Assembly: GCF_004365815.1 (NCBI RefSeq) | Contig: NZ_SODD01000017.1 | Coordinates: 11,354-43,353 of the forward strand | Length of the DNA stretch: 32,000 bases | Source of the DNA: Breznakia blatticola | Lineage (GTDB): Bacteria; Bacillota_I; Bacilli_A; Erysipelotrichales; Erysipelotrichaceae | Direction of reading: 5' to 3' | Shown here: piece by piece, positions 23,785-32,000 of the stretch | Numbering within the stretch: the stretch's first letter is position 1 | Layout: each line of letters opens with the position of its first letter | The notes under the pieces: model-generated | What the model saw: the letters and a program-made list of their open reading frames with translations, nothing else | What the model was told of the DNA's origin: nothing | Databases searched by the model: none | Translations under genes and position numbers: made by a program

Positions 23785-24498
23785 ATGGAAATTTCGAAAT
23801 TGAAATATATCTTGATCTATGAAGATTTAAAGAAGAGAATTAGAAAAGGTGAATTCGTAATTGGTGATTTAATTCCAAGTGAACCGGAATTAGGAGAACA
23901 CTATAACGCAAGTAGAATTACTGTACGCCGTGCAGTTCAAATGTTAGTGGAAGATGGATTCTTACAAAAGAACCATGGTGTTGGAACCATTGTCATGAGT
24001 AACAAAGAATCGCTTCAATTACGAAGTTTGAAAAGTTTCTCAGAAGAACAAAAAAACTCGGATTACTCATCAAAGGTCATTCGTTATGCAATTGATGCAG
24101 ATGCAACGACATACATTCAATCGATGTTGAAAGTACCTAAAGAAAGCAAAATCAGTTTCCAAGAAAAACTGTATTATAAAGATGATGAAGTTATTGGTTT
24201 ACAAAGGGTAAACTTTCCAAACTATATTAACTTCACAGATCAAGAATTAGAAAATGAATATCTGTCTTTATATAAGCTATGTGAAGAAAAAGGATATAAA
24301 GTTAAAAATGCAGAGGAAACTATTGAGTCGGTCGTGTCCGATAGTACCTTATCGGAGTATTTTGGAATTCCAGTAGGTTCACCATTGTTGCATATTAAGC
24401 GTGTAACAATTGATTCGATGAATCGGATTGTGGAATTTGCAGAAATCTATTATCGTGGAGATAAGTATCAATATAAGGTGTCATTAGAGTCTGAATAA
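23785..24498 (+). CDS. GntR family (HutC/UTRA subfamily) transcriptional regulator
   Basis: N-terminal winged HTH (LIPSEPELGEHYNASRITVRRAVQMLVEDGFL) and a ~160-aa C-terminal effector domain of UTRA length and pattern. Confidence 0.85.
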   Translation: MEISKLKYILIYEDLKKRIRKGEFVIGDLIPSEPELGEHYNASRITVRRAVQMLVEDGFLQKNHGVGTIVMSNKESLQLRSLKSFSEEQKNSDYSSKVIRYAIDADATTYIQSMLKVPKESKISFQEKLYYKDDEVIGLQRVNFPNYINFTDQELENEYLSLYKLCEEKGYKVKNAEETIESVVSDSTLSEYFGIPVGSPLLHIKRVTIDSMNRIVEFAEIYYRGDKYQYKVSLESE

Positions 24499-24506
24499 CG
24501 ATATGT

Positions 24507-24544
24507 AGGAGTGTTGTTGCTATAAACAATAGACTCCTTTTTTT
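24507..24544 (+). terminator. Rho-independent terminator after the GntR gene
   Basis: Two-part stem AGGAGT-g-TTGTT / AACAA-tag-ACTCCT followed by T7. Confidence 0.7.
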
Positions 24545-24574
24545 ATTGCCTAAATACGATTTTTTATTTTATCG

Positions 24575-24603
24575 TTTACATTTCAAAAAATACATACTAT
24601 AAT
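24575..24603 (+). promoter_or_regulatory. Sigma-A promoter of the PTS/ARH operon
   Basis: TTTACA (24575-24580), a 17-nt spacer, TATAAT (24598-24603). Confidence 0.55.
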
Positions 24604-24615
24604 CAAGTTAGACAT

Positions 24616-24635
24616 TAAGACGTTATAACGTCTTA
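24616..24635. promoter_or_regulatory. Perfect 20-bp palindrome just downstream of the -10: candidate GntR operator
   Basis: TAAGACGTTA|TAACGTCTTA. The core cGTtaTAaCg fits the loose GntR/HutC GT-Nx-AC operator pattern. Confidence 0.5.
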
Positions 24636-24667
24636 TCTGCTAAGTAATGTTTAAGAGGAGGTATAAG

Positions 24668-26047
24668 ATGAAAACAACAACAAAGTTGGCAGAAGATTTA
24701 CTCACTTTCATGGGAGGTGAAGAGAACATTGTTTCAATTACACATTGTGCTACAAGATTGCGTCCAAAATTTAAGGACATTAAAAATGTACGTGTAGATG
24801 AAATAAAGAACTTAGATGGTGTAACTGGTGTAGTAGAGAAAGAATCAGGATTTCAAATTATTATAGGGACACATGTAGTACATGTATATGATGAAATCAT
24901 CAAATCTTTCAAAGAAGAAGTCGGAAGTGCTACATCACAAGATCGTGATGAAAAAAAGAATTACTTAAATGAGTTTGTGCAATTGGTTGTGAGTATATTC
25001 TCGCCGCTACTGCCATTACTTGCTGGATCTGGATTAATTCGGGGATTTACCATTCTAGCAAACGAAGTAGGAATATTATCAACAACAAGTACAACGAACT
25101 TAATTCTGACATTAACTGCAACATCCGTATTTTACTTTTTACCGCTATTAGTTGCAGTAACAAGTGCAAAGCGTTTTAAAACAAGTCCATATATTGCGGT
25201 TGCTATATTAGGTGCCTTAATTATGCCTGACTTTATTAACCTAGTTGTAGATAATGGTGGAAACATGATTGATCTATATGGGATTTCAATGCCAGTATTC
25301 AACTACACAAGTCAAGTCATTCCAGCAATCGTAATGGTATGGATTCAATCAAAAATGGAAGCATTTATGATTGAAAAGATTCCAACGAGTTTACATATGA
25401 TTGTCAATCCAACAATTTTGATGTTAGTGCTTGTCCCACTAACGATTGGCGTGATTGGACCGATTGGAAACTATGTAAGTATTGGAGTAGCTCAAAGTGT
25501 AGAATTTATTGCTTCAGTTAATCCAATTTTAACGGGTGCATTTATTGGGGGAATTTGGAATGTACTGATTATGTTTGGAATTCACTGGGCACCAAATACG
25601 ATGGTAGTCATTCCAGAAATTGCTAGAACAGGATCATCAGCATTAATTGCCTATGCGGCAAACTCCAATTTTGGAATGAGTGGAGCAGCCTTTGCGATTT
25701 TCTTAAAGTCAAAAAATAAGAAATTACGAAACTTCTCATTAACTGCAATTACTTCAGTTATGTTATCAGGGATTGTAGAACCAGCAATCTATGGAATTGG
25801 TGTGAAATATAAAACACCATTAATTGCAGGATGTTTAGGAGCTGCACTTGGTGGAGCATTTATGGGAATGTTTGGAGTAGTCGGTAATGCATTTGTCTTT
25901 GGTGGACTTACGACAATTCCAGCATTTGCTGGTGCGACGCTTTGGGCGTATGTGGTTGGACTACTAATTTCATTTGTTGCCGGTATGATATTAACATTTA
26001 TTATGGGAGTCAAAGATCCTGAAGCAGAAATGAACGGAGGACGTTAA
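24668..26047 (+). CDS. PTS transporter subunit EIIBC (glucose/sucrose/beta-glucoside superfamily), no EIIA domain
   Basis: EIIB phospho-Cys motif ITHCATRLR. Polytopic EIIC with a GIVEPAIYG (GITEP-like) motif. The start was moved to ATG 24668 (MKTTTKLAEDLL...) after GAGGAGG at 24655-24661. Confidence 0.9.
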   Translation: MKTTTKLAEDLLTFMGGEENIVSITHCATRLRPKFKDIKNVRVDEIKNLDGVTGVVEKESGFQIIIGTHVVHVYDEIIKSFKEEVGSATSQDRDEKKNYLNEFVQLVVSIFSPLLPLLAGSGLIRGFTILANEVGILSTTSTTNLILTLTATSVFYFLPLLVAVTSAKRFKTSPYIAVAILGALIMPDFINLVVDNGGNMIDLYGISMPVFNYTSQVIPAIVMVWIQSKMEAFMIEKIPTSLHMIVNPTILMLVLVPLTIGVIGPIGNYVSIGVAQSVEFIASVNPILTGAFIGGIWNVLIMFGIHWAPNTMVVIPEIARTGSSALIAYAANSNFGMSGAAFAIFLKSKNKKLRNFSLTAITSVMLSGIVEPAIYGIGVKYKTPLIAGCLGAALGGAFMGMFGVVGNAFVFGGLTTIPAFAGATLWAYVVGLLISFVAGMILTFIMGVKDPEAEMNGGR

Positions 26048-27078
26048 TGAATTTAAACAAAAAAATTGAATCGACACTAGGGTTAGCTGCAATTGCAGAT
26101 GCGATGGGAGCAGCAACTGAAAACTTAACTCGCGCACAAATTATGGATATGTATGATGGTCCAGTTACAGACTTTAAAAAACCAGGAGTAACTGCATTTG
26201 CCTTAGGTAATGAAGCAGGGGAAGTAACAGATGACTTTTCCCAAATCTATTTTCTATCAAAATCAATTTTGAAAAATGGTGGAAAGATTGATAAGCAAGC
26301 AGTGATTCAAGCAATCTTAGATTGGTCAGAAGTTCCAAGATACTTTAATCGTTTTGCTGGACCAACCACAAGAACGGCAATTGCGATGTATAAAGATCCA
26401 AATACAGAAATGAAACCATTGCCTGGAGCAGTAACTGTGGATTATGCATCAAAAGCTACCAACGGAGGAGCAATGAAAATTGCACCAGCAGGTTTATTAC
26501 ATCCAGGAGATATCGAAGGTGCGATTCGTGATGCAATATGTATTACAAGTGTTACCCATGATAACTCATTAGCAATTGCTGGAGCATGTGCAGTTGCAGC
26601 AGCAACAAGTGCAGGATTGTTGGAGTCTAGTAGTATGGATCAAGTTATTGCAGCAGGAATTTATGGAGCAGTACGAGGCTATGATATTGCATGCGTAGAA
26701 TCTAGAGATGTAGCAGGGTCAAGTCTAATCAAACGGATTCATTTAGCAATTGCGATAGCTAATGAACCAAGTACGAAAGAACAAAGACTACAAAAACTTG
26801 CAGACATTATTGGAAATGGATTGCATGTATGTGAAGCTGTACCTTGTGCATTTGGAATTATGGAATTAAATAAAGATAGTGCAATGCAAGCAGTATATGA
26901 TGCTGTGAATATCGGTTATGATACAGATACGATAGCAACGATTGTTGCGACGATGGTAGGACCTTTTGTTGATACAGAGGATGCACACTACCAAGAACTA
27001 TTTAAGAAAGTTCAAGAAATGAATAACATGGATATTGTACAACTTGCTAAAGACTTAACTGAAGTTGTAAATGGATAA
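26047..27078 (+). CDS. ADP-ribosylglycohydrolase (ARH/DraG) family protein
   Basis: N-terminal LGLAAIADAMGAATE and C-terminal GYDTDTIATIVATMVG metal-site motifs of the ARH fold. The ATG overlaps the PTS stop (TAATG). SD GGAGGA is 5 nt upstream. Confidence 0.85.
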   Translation: MNLNKKIESTLGLAAIADAMGAATENLTRAQIMDMYDGPVTDFKKPGVTAFALGNEAGEVTDDFSQIYFLSKSILKNGGKIDKQAVIQAILDWSEVPRYFNRFAGPTTRTAIAMYKDPNTEMKPLPGAVTVDYASKATNGGAMKIAPAGLLHPGDIEGAIRDAICITSVTHDNSLAIAGACAVAAATSAGLLESSSMDQVIAAGIYGAVRGYDIACVESRDVAGSSLIKRIHLAIAIANEPSTKEQRLQKLADIIGNGLHVCEAVPCAFGIMELNKDSAMQAVYDAVNIGYDTDTIATIVATMVGPFVDTEDAHYQELFKKVQEMNNMDIVQLAKDLTEVVNG

Positions 27079-27079
27079 G

Positions 27080-27110
27080 AAAAGAGATGCCGCAGTTGGC
27101 ATCTCTTTTT
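27080..27110. terminator. Bidirectional terminator between the ARH gene and the DeoR gene
   Basis: Perfect 10-bp stem AAGAGATGCC-gcagtt-GGCATCTCTT with an A-rich left flank and T-rich right flank. It overlaps the DeoR stop. Confidence 0.8.
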
Positions 27111-27891
27111 AGATATTAAATAGTGGTTCTAAAGTAATCGTTTCTACACCCATTTCACGAATGCTGTATAGCTCTGTCTCATTTGCAGATGTGTCAGTAA
27201 TTAAATAATCAAAATCTGTAATTGCACCAGAGACAAAACTGTATATATTTCCAATCTTAGTATGATCAGCTAATAGGAATGTTTGTCCAATACAGTTTTT
27301 TATCATGATTTCATTAATAGTGACTTCTTGTTGGATTGCAGTTGTCATTCCATTTTTTGAAGTTAAACCACTGCATCCAAGAAAACATTTTGTGGCACTA
27401 ATCTTTTGTAAGTTGTTTAAGGCAAAGTCACCGACAAGCGCTTCTTTTGGTGTGCGTAATTCACCACCGGTTAAGAAGATGGATACTTTAGGATCAAAGT
27501 TTGACATAATCACTTTACCATTGTTTGTAATAACAGTTACATGTTTATCCTTTATATATTTCAATAACAAGAGTGCAGTAGAACTTGTATTGATGAAGAT
27601 GGTATCACCCTCTTCTACAAAGTTTGCTGCATATTTTGCGATTGCATGTTTATATGGTTCATTACTAGCTAAGTGATCATCAATACTAACAAAGTGTTGA
27701 ATTAATTTTGCTCCACCATAAAATCGTTCAATCGCTCCTTTTTCTTCCCAGTACTGCAAGTCACGACGAATGGTTAACTGTGATACTTGAAGTGATTCTG
27801 CCAAATCTTCAACTGTGACACTGCCATCCGTTTGGATTTTTTGCATGATTCGATTTCTACGTGAATCGACAATCGATTTACTCATTTTCAT
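27109..27891 (-). CDS. DeoR/GlpR family transcriptional regulator (UlaR-like by context)
   Basis: N-terminal HTH (VTVEDLAESLQVSQLTIRRDLQYWEEKG) and a DeoR C-terminal sugar-phosphate-binding-type domain. It sits across a divergent promoter region from the ula genes. Confidence 0.85.
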   Translation of the reverse strand: MKMSKSIVDSRRNRIMQKIQTDGSVTVEDLAESLQVSQLTIRRDLQYWEEKGAIERFYGGAKLIQHFVSIDDHLASNEPYKHAIAKYAANFVEEGDTIFINTSSTALLLLKYIKDKHVTVITNNGKVIMSNFDPKVSIFLTGGELRTPKEALVGDFALNNLQKISATKCFLGCSGLTSKNGMTTAIQQEVTINEIMIKNCIGQTFLLADHTKIGNIYSFVSGAITDFDYLITDTSANETELYSIREMGVETITLEPLFNI

Positions 27892-27911
27892 AATAGATAC
27901 CTCACCCTTTA

Positions 27912-28700
27912 TTACACGATAGACTTTAATTGTTTAACTGTAGTTGAAGTTCCTGCTATTTGATTGATATCTTCTAGTAAAACTTGCAACTTTTTTTGAT
28001 TTCCAATTTCTTTAGCAACTGGTAGATATTCCAAAAAGTATAGTGCTGCTTCACGGTTGTTCATCTGTGATAATTGCACTTGTTTAAAAGAACTATTACT
28101 TTTCTTCATATCATTCATAAGACGATAATATACGCCATCAATGAAATCCCAAGAGTACATTGGTTTTACAACTTGCTTCTTTTTGGTTTTCATTTGTTGT
28201 AGTTGTTTTAATTTTTTATAGTGTTGCTTTGCTTGCGTTTTATTTGCTAATCGATAGTTTGAATAAAATGCTGTAAATTCATATACAAGTTTTGCATCAA
28301 AACTTGTATGATAACTATCTTTATGTGTTTCTAGATAATCTAAGTTTGCTTGAAAATTACCCGTATCAATATTATAAAGGGTATCGTACGTTAAGTCTAA
28401 ATCTTTATATTGTTTAAATATATCAAATCGTACGAGTTTTTGTTTATAGGCATTTGCTTTTTCTGGTTGTAAGTCATAAGCAAGAGAGAGAATCATCTTT
28501 CGATGGAGTGTTTTTACATATTCTCCCAAACAAGCAATAGCCAGAAATACAATGGCAATAACTGCAAATATGATCTTTGCAGTCACATCTTTAGTATTCA
28601 CAATAATGTTGATACTATAGATTGCAAAGATGATAAAGATAATATATGTCAGAATGGTTTTTGTTTTATCAGAAAAACTCTGTAGTTTGAAAAATTTCAT
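27912..28700 (-). CDS. Hypothetical membrane protein (2 N-terminal TM helices plus a ~190-aa helical K/Q/Y-rich domain)
   Basis: TM1 ILTYIIFIIFAIYSINIIV, TM2 IIFAVIAIVFLAIACLG. SD GAGG is 7 nt upstream of the ATG, and a consensus promoter lies upstream. The stop is 20 nt before the DeoR start. I recognise no family. Confidence 0.6.
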   Translation of the reverse strand: MKFFKLQSFSDKTKTILTYIIFIIFAIYSINIIVNTKDVTAKIIFAVIAIVFLAIACLGEYVKTLHRKMILSLAYDLQPEKANAYKQKLVRFDIFKQYKDLDLTYDTLYNIDTGNFQANLDYLETHKDSYHTSFDAKLVYEFTAFYSNYRLANKTQAKQHYKKLKQLQQMKTKKKQVVKPMYSWDFIDGVYYRLMNDMKKSNSSFKQVQLSQMNNREAALYFLEYLPVAKEIGNQKKLQVLLEDINQIAGTSTTVKQLKSIV

Positions 28701-28726
28701 ATGTGTACCTCTCGATTTATAAATAA

Positions 28727-28755
28727 ATTATATGTTCGCTTTGAACGTTTGTCAA
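28727..28755 (-). promoter_or_regulatory. Consensus sigma-A promoter for the membrane-protein/DeoR operon
   Basis: The - strand reads TTGACA (complement of 28750-28755), a 17-nt spacer, TATAAT (complement of 28727-28732). The spacer contains GTTC-gcttt-GAAC. Confidence 0.6.
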
Positions 28756-28810
28756 ATCATATTTTGAACTATTTACAAGTATATGGTCGCTAAAGCGGTT
28801 ACATTTTGAT

Positions 28811-28854
28811 AAAACAATCATATAATAATCAAAACAATCATAAAATAAGATTGT
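28811..28854. promoter_or_regulatory. Candidate operator repeats upstream of and overlapping the ulaG promoter
   Basis: 12-nt direct repeat AAAACAATCATA at 28811-28822 and 28831-28842 (20-bp register). Inverted repeat ACAATC (28834-28839) / GATTGT (28849-28854), the latter overlapping the -35. Confidence 0.35.
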
Positions 28855-28879
28855 CAATCGTTCATAATTGATTTAGTAT
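28851..28879 (+). promoter_or_regulatory. Candidate sigma-A promoter of the ula operon
   Basis: TTGTCA (28851-28856), a 17-nt spacer, TAGTAT (28874-28879), ~35 nt upstream of the ulaG ATG. Confidence 0.5.
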
Positions 28880-28914
28880 GGAGTTGTAAAAAGACGAAGT
28901 CACAAGGAGGTAAC

Positions 28915-29973
28915 ATGAGTAAAATCAACGATATGACTAGAGAATCATGGATTCTTGGAGCCTTCCCTGAGTGGGGAACATGGCTAAATGAAGAAATCGA
29001 TAGTGAAGTTGTTCAACCAGGAACATTCGCTATGTGGTGGATTGGTTGTGTTGGTGTTTGGTTCAAAACAGAAAACAATACAAACATTGCCATCGACTTA
29101 TGGTTTGGAAATGGTAAACGTACAAAGAAAGTTAAAGAAATGGCTGAATTCCACCAAATGCGTAATATGACAGGTGGACGTATGACGCAACCAAACTTAC
29201 GTGCAGCACCAATTACATATGATCCATTTGCTGTAACTGATGTAGATGCAGTTTTATCTACACACTATCACAATGATCATATTGATCCATTTTTTGCAGC
29301 AGCAGTTATGCAGAATGTAAAACACGATGTTCCATTTATTGGTCCACTTGAAAGTGTAAAAAAATGGTTAAGTTATGGAGTTCCTGAAGAACGTTGCCAA
29401 GTCGTAAAACCTGGAGATGTTGTAAAAATTAAAGATGTCGAAATTGTTGTACTAGATAGTTTTGATCGAACATGTTTAGTTACAGCTGATGAAGACATTC
29501 GTGGAGTACTTCCTGATGACATGGATGATAAAGCAGTAAACTTTTTAATCAAAACACCTGCTGGTAATGTTTACCACAGTGGAGATTCACATTACTCAGT
29601 CCGCTATGCAAAACACGGAAAAGATCATGACATTGATATTGCCTTTGGTTCATATGGAGAAAACCCTCCAGGTAACCAAGATAAAATGACATCTGTGGAT
29701 ATCTTGCGTATGGCAGAAGCACTTAAATGTGAAGTAGTCATTCCATTACACTACGATGTTTGGACAAACTTTAAAGCAGATCCAAATGAAATTCGTATGT
29801 TATATGACTATAAAAAAGATGCATTAGATTACAAATTCCACCCATACATTTGGGATGTTGGTGGAAAATATGTTTGGCCTACAGACAAAGATAAAAAAGT
29901 ATATCACTATCGTAGAGGATTTGAGGATGCGTTTGAAGATGAACCAAACGTACCATTCCCAAGTATTTTATAA
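28915..29973 (+). CDS. ulaG: L-ascorbate-6-phosphate lactonase (metallo-beta-lactamase fold)
   Basis: Collinear with E. coli UlaG over the whole length ([59 protein letters not shown]). SD AAGGAGG. Confidence 0.9.
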   Translation: MSKINDMTRESWILGAFPEWGTWLNEEIDSEVVQPGTFAMWWIGCVGVWFKTENNTNIAIDLWFGNGKRTKKVKEMAEFHQMRNMTGGRMTQPNLRAAPITYDPFAVTDVDAVLSTHYHNDHIDPFFAAAVMQNVKHDVPFIGPLESVKKWLSYGVPEERCQVVKPGDVVKIKDVEIVVLDSFDRTCLVTADEDIRGVLPDDMDDKAVNFLIKTPAGNVYHSGDSHYSVRYAKHGKDHDIDIAFGSYGENPPGNQDKMTSVDILRMAEALKCEVVIPLHYDVWTNFKADPNEIRMLYDYKKDALDYKFHPYIWDVGGKYVWPTDKDKKVYHYRRGFEDAFEDEPNVPFPSIL

Positions 29974-29975
29974 TT

Positions 29976-30452
29976 ATGAAAATGCTAGATTACTTATATG
30001 AAAATGATTTAGTCCGATTCGAAAAAGGTGTAGGCGATTGGCGAGAAGCCATCCGTATTGGATGTCAAAATATGATTGATAAGAAATTTATCACAGAAAC
30101 ATATGTTGATGAAATCATTGAGTGTGTGGATACACATGGTGCGTACATTGTACTCCTTCCAGGAGTTGCAATGCCGCACTCAACAGATAAAAGCACAGGG
30201 GTTCTAGGAACTGGAATTGGTTTTACGAAATTTGATTCAGATATTGAATTTGAAAAAGATAACCCTGAAAAAAGCGCGACGTTATTCTTTACGCTAGCTG
30301 CAAAGGATGCAAATGAACATAGTAATAACATTTCAAGACTTTCATCAATGTTGATGGAAGAAGGTGTAGTTGAAGACTTGTTAGCTATGGAAACAATGGA
30401 TGACTTTCTTGCAGTTAGAGAGAAATATAAAAACATAATTGAGGAGGATTAA
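29976..30452 (+). CDS. ulaC: PTS ascorbate-family EIIA component
   Basis: PTS_EIIA_2-type protein with the phospho-His context LLPGVAMPHS. Similar to E. coli UlaC (LAPGLAMPHG). No clear SD; ATG 29982 is an alternative start. Confidence 0.85.
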   Translation: MKMLDYLYENDLVRFEKGVGDWREAIRIGCQNMIDKKFITETYVDEIIECVDTHGAYIVLLPGVAMPHSTDKSTGVLGTGIGFTKFDSDIEFEKDNPEKSATLFFTLAAKDANEHSNNISRLSSMLMEEGVVEDLLAMETMDDFLAVREKYKNIIEED

Positions 30453-30458
30453 TAAACT

Positions 30459-31913
30459 ATGGATTTCTTAATGGGGATTTGGGAGTATTTTGCCAGCAAT
30501 ATTCTGACACAGCCGGCATACTTCATTGGATTTATTGTATTAATTGGGTACATGTTATTGAAGAAACCGTTCTATCAAAGTATCGCAGGATTTCTTAAAG
30601 CAACTGTTGGTTACTTTATTTTATCGGTTGGATCTGGAGGATTGGTTAATAACTTTAGACCAATCTTAGTTGGATTAAAAGAACGTTTTGATTTGAGTGC
30701 AACAGTAATTGACCCGTATTTTGGTCAAAATGCAATCACAGATGGGGTTCAAGAAACATTTGGACGTACATTTGGAGATGTTATGATGTTGCTTCTAATT
30801 GCCTTTATCTTTAACTTAATTTTGGTTCGTTTAAAGAAATGGACAAAACTACGTGCTGTATTTACAACAGGAAACGTACAAGTACAACAAGCTGCAACAG
30901 CATTCTGGTTGATTCTATTCTGTTTCCCTGAGTTAGGACGTATTGAAGTATTGATCGTAATGGGTGTATTACTTGGATTATACTGGGCAGTTGGTTCAAA
31001 TTTAACTGTAGATATCACGCAAGAAGTTACAGATGGTGCTGGATTTGCGGTAGCTCACCAACAAATGTTTGGTATTGCATTAGCATCTTGGGCAGCAAGC
31101 AAAATGAAGTTTAAATCAAGTAAACAAATCGAAGATATTAAATTACCTGGATTCTTATCAATTTTCAATGAAAACATGGTATCAACAGCAATTCTAATGC
31201 TATTATTCTTTGGAATTATCTTAGTAGTTCTTGGACAACCATACTTAATTGAAGCTGGATTTATGAAAGAAGGACAATCATTCTTCTTCTACATTCTTAC
31301 TACTGCATTACACTTTGCTGTATACTTGGCAATCTTGCAACTTGGGGTACGTACATTCGTTGATGAACTTACAGAATCATTCCACGGTATTTCAAACACA
31401 TTACTTCCAGGAGCAGTTCCAGGAATCGATGTATCTGCATCATTGGCATTTGGTAGTTCAAATGCAGTAACGCTAGGGTTCTTATTTGGGGCATTAGGGC
31501 AATTCTTAACAATTGGAGCATTGATTTTATTCAAATCACCAACAATTATTATTGCAGGATTTATCCCAATGTTCTTCGATAATGCAGCAATCGCTGTATA
31601 CGCTAACAAAAAGGGTGGAATTAAGGCAGCATGTCTATTACCATTCGTATCAGGAATTATTCAAGTTCTAGGTTCAGCATTAATTGCTACATGGGTAGGA
31701 CTTGCACAATACGGAGGATACCTAGGAATGTTTGACTGGGCAACTGTATGGCCAATGTTCACAGTAATTATGAAGTTCTTAGGATATGTAGGTATCGCAG
31801 CTGTTGCTATTATCCTACTTGCAATTCCACAATTACAATATCGTAAACGTAAAGATACATATTTCTTAATTACTGACGATTACGATGCATACTTAGAAAA
31901 AGTAAAGGCTTAA
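30459..31913 (+). CDS. ulaA: PTS ascorbate-family EIIC permease
   Basis: Collinear with E. coli UlaA/SgaT (QEVTDGAGFAVAHQQMF, FNENMVSTAILM, GVRTFVDELTESFHGIS, GFIPMFFDNA). SD GAGGAGG. Confidence 0.9.
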   Translation: MDFLMGIWEYFASNILTQPAYFIGFIVLIGYMLLKKPFYQSIAGFLKATVGYFILSVGSGGLVNNFRPILVGLKERFDLSATVIDPYFGQNAITDGVQETFGRTFGDVMMLLLIAFIFNLILVRLKKWTKLRAVFTTGNVQVQQAATAFWLILFCFPELGRIEVLIVMGVLLGLYWAVGSNLTVDITQEVTDGAGFAVAHQQMFGIALASWAASKMKFKSSKQIEDIKLPGFLSIFNENMVSTAILMLLFFGIILVVLGQPYLIEAGFMKEGQSFFFYILTTALHFAVYLAILQLGVRTFVDELTESFHGISNTLLPGAVPGIDVSASLAFGSSNAVTLGFLFGALGQFLTIGALILFKSPTIIIAGFIPMFFDNAAIAVYANKKGGIKAACLLPFVSGIIQVLGSALIATWVGLAQYGGYLGMFDWATVWPMFTVIMKFLGYVGIAAVAIILLAIPQLQYRKRKDTYFLITDDYDAYLEKVKA

Positions 31914-32000
31914 TTCAACCGATGCGCACCTAACTTAGATTGTTACATGTATGATGATACATTGAAATGTAAGATTACCATATAAAAATAAGGAAGGTAA

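Noticed and set aside
808-31609. About 40 short ORFs (60-123 aa) in the track, nested antisense or out of frame inside long genes. Examples: 808-1080(-), 3653-3958(-), 7264-7575(+), 14449-14745(+), 20251-20607(+), 27305-27676(+), 30065-30436(-), 31289-31609(-).
   Set aside because: All lie wholly inside well-supported longer genes with recognisable families. They lack SD sequences and have low-complexity or biased translations typical of shadow frames in AT-rich DNA.

Overview
This is a 32-kb chromosomal segment from an AT-rich, Gram-positive-type (Bacillota-like) genome. I cannot assign a species from sequence alone. I support about 25 protein genes and found no rRNA, tRNA, CRISPR array, transposase or integrase.

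Gene order:
- 5'-truncated ABC exporter, then a NiaR-type repressor (+).
- Compact addB(rexB-like)/addA recombination helicase-nuclease pair (+).
- Convergent MacB/FtsX-type ABC pair (-), whose fused 8-TM permease carries a very long coiled-coil insert, with a divergent TetR regulator (+).
- Malic enzyme plus two-subunit Fe-S fumarase/tartrate dehydratase operon (-).
- Accessory-looking block: an ECF-type sigma factor fused to a TM helix and an extracytoplasmic domain, a large BspA-LRR/Listeria-Bacteroides-repeat surface protein, an orphan structured non-coding locus, and a small degenerate Mrr-like ORF (+).
- CopB-type (CPH) P1B ATPase (-).
- YqhD/BdhA-type iron alcohol dehydrogenase with an in-frame internal deletion, driven by a MerR-style promoter (-).
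- GntR / PTS EIIBC / ADP-ribosylglycohydrolase operon (+).
- Unknown membrane protein plus DeoR regulator (-), divergent from ulaG-ulaC-ulaA ascorbate PTS genes (+).

The best candidate for something undescribed is the sigma-centred module at 15.4-20.2 kb. A CCAACCTTT-N12-NRTC promoter-like motif with ECF geometry occurs exactly three times: before the fused sigma gene, before the surface-protein gene, and before the orphan hairpin-rich locus. The same region contains recurring TGTGTGA leader boxes and complementary CACACA tracts.

Other items worth a second look are the PTS-linked ADP-ribosylglycohydrolase, the coiled-coil ABC permease, the GGGS-to-GGGS deletion in the ADH, and the membrane protein co-operonic with the DeoR regulator.

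Several ORF-track starts are over-extended. I corrected them from SD spacing, and the reasoning is in the evidence fields.
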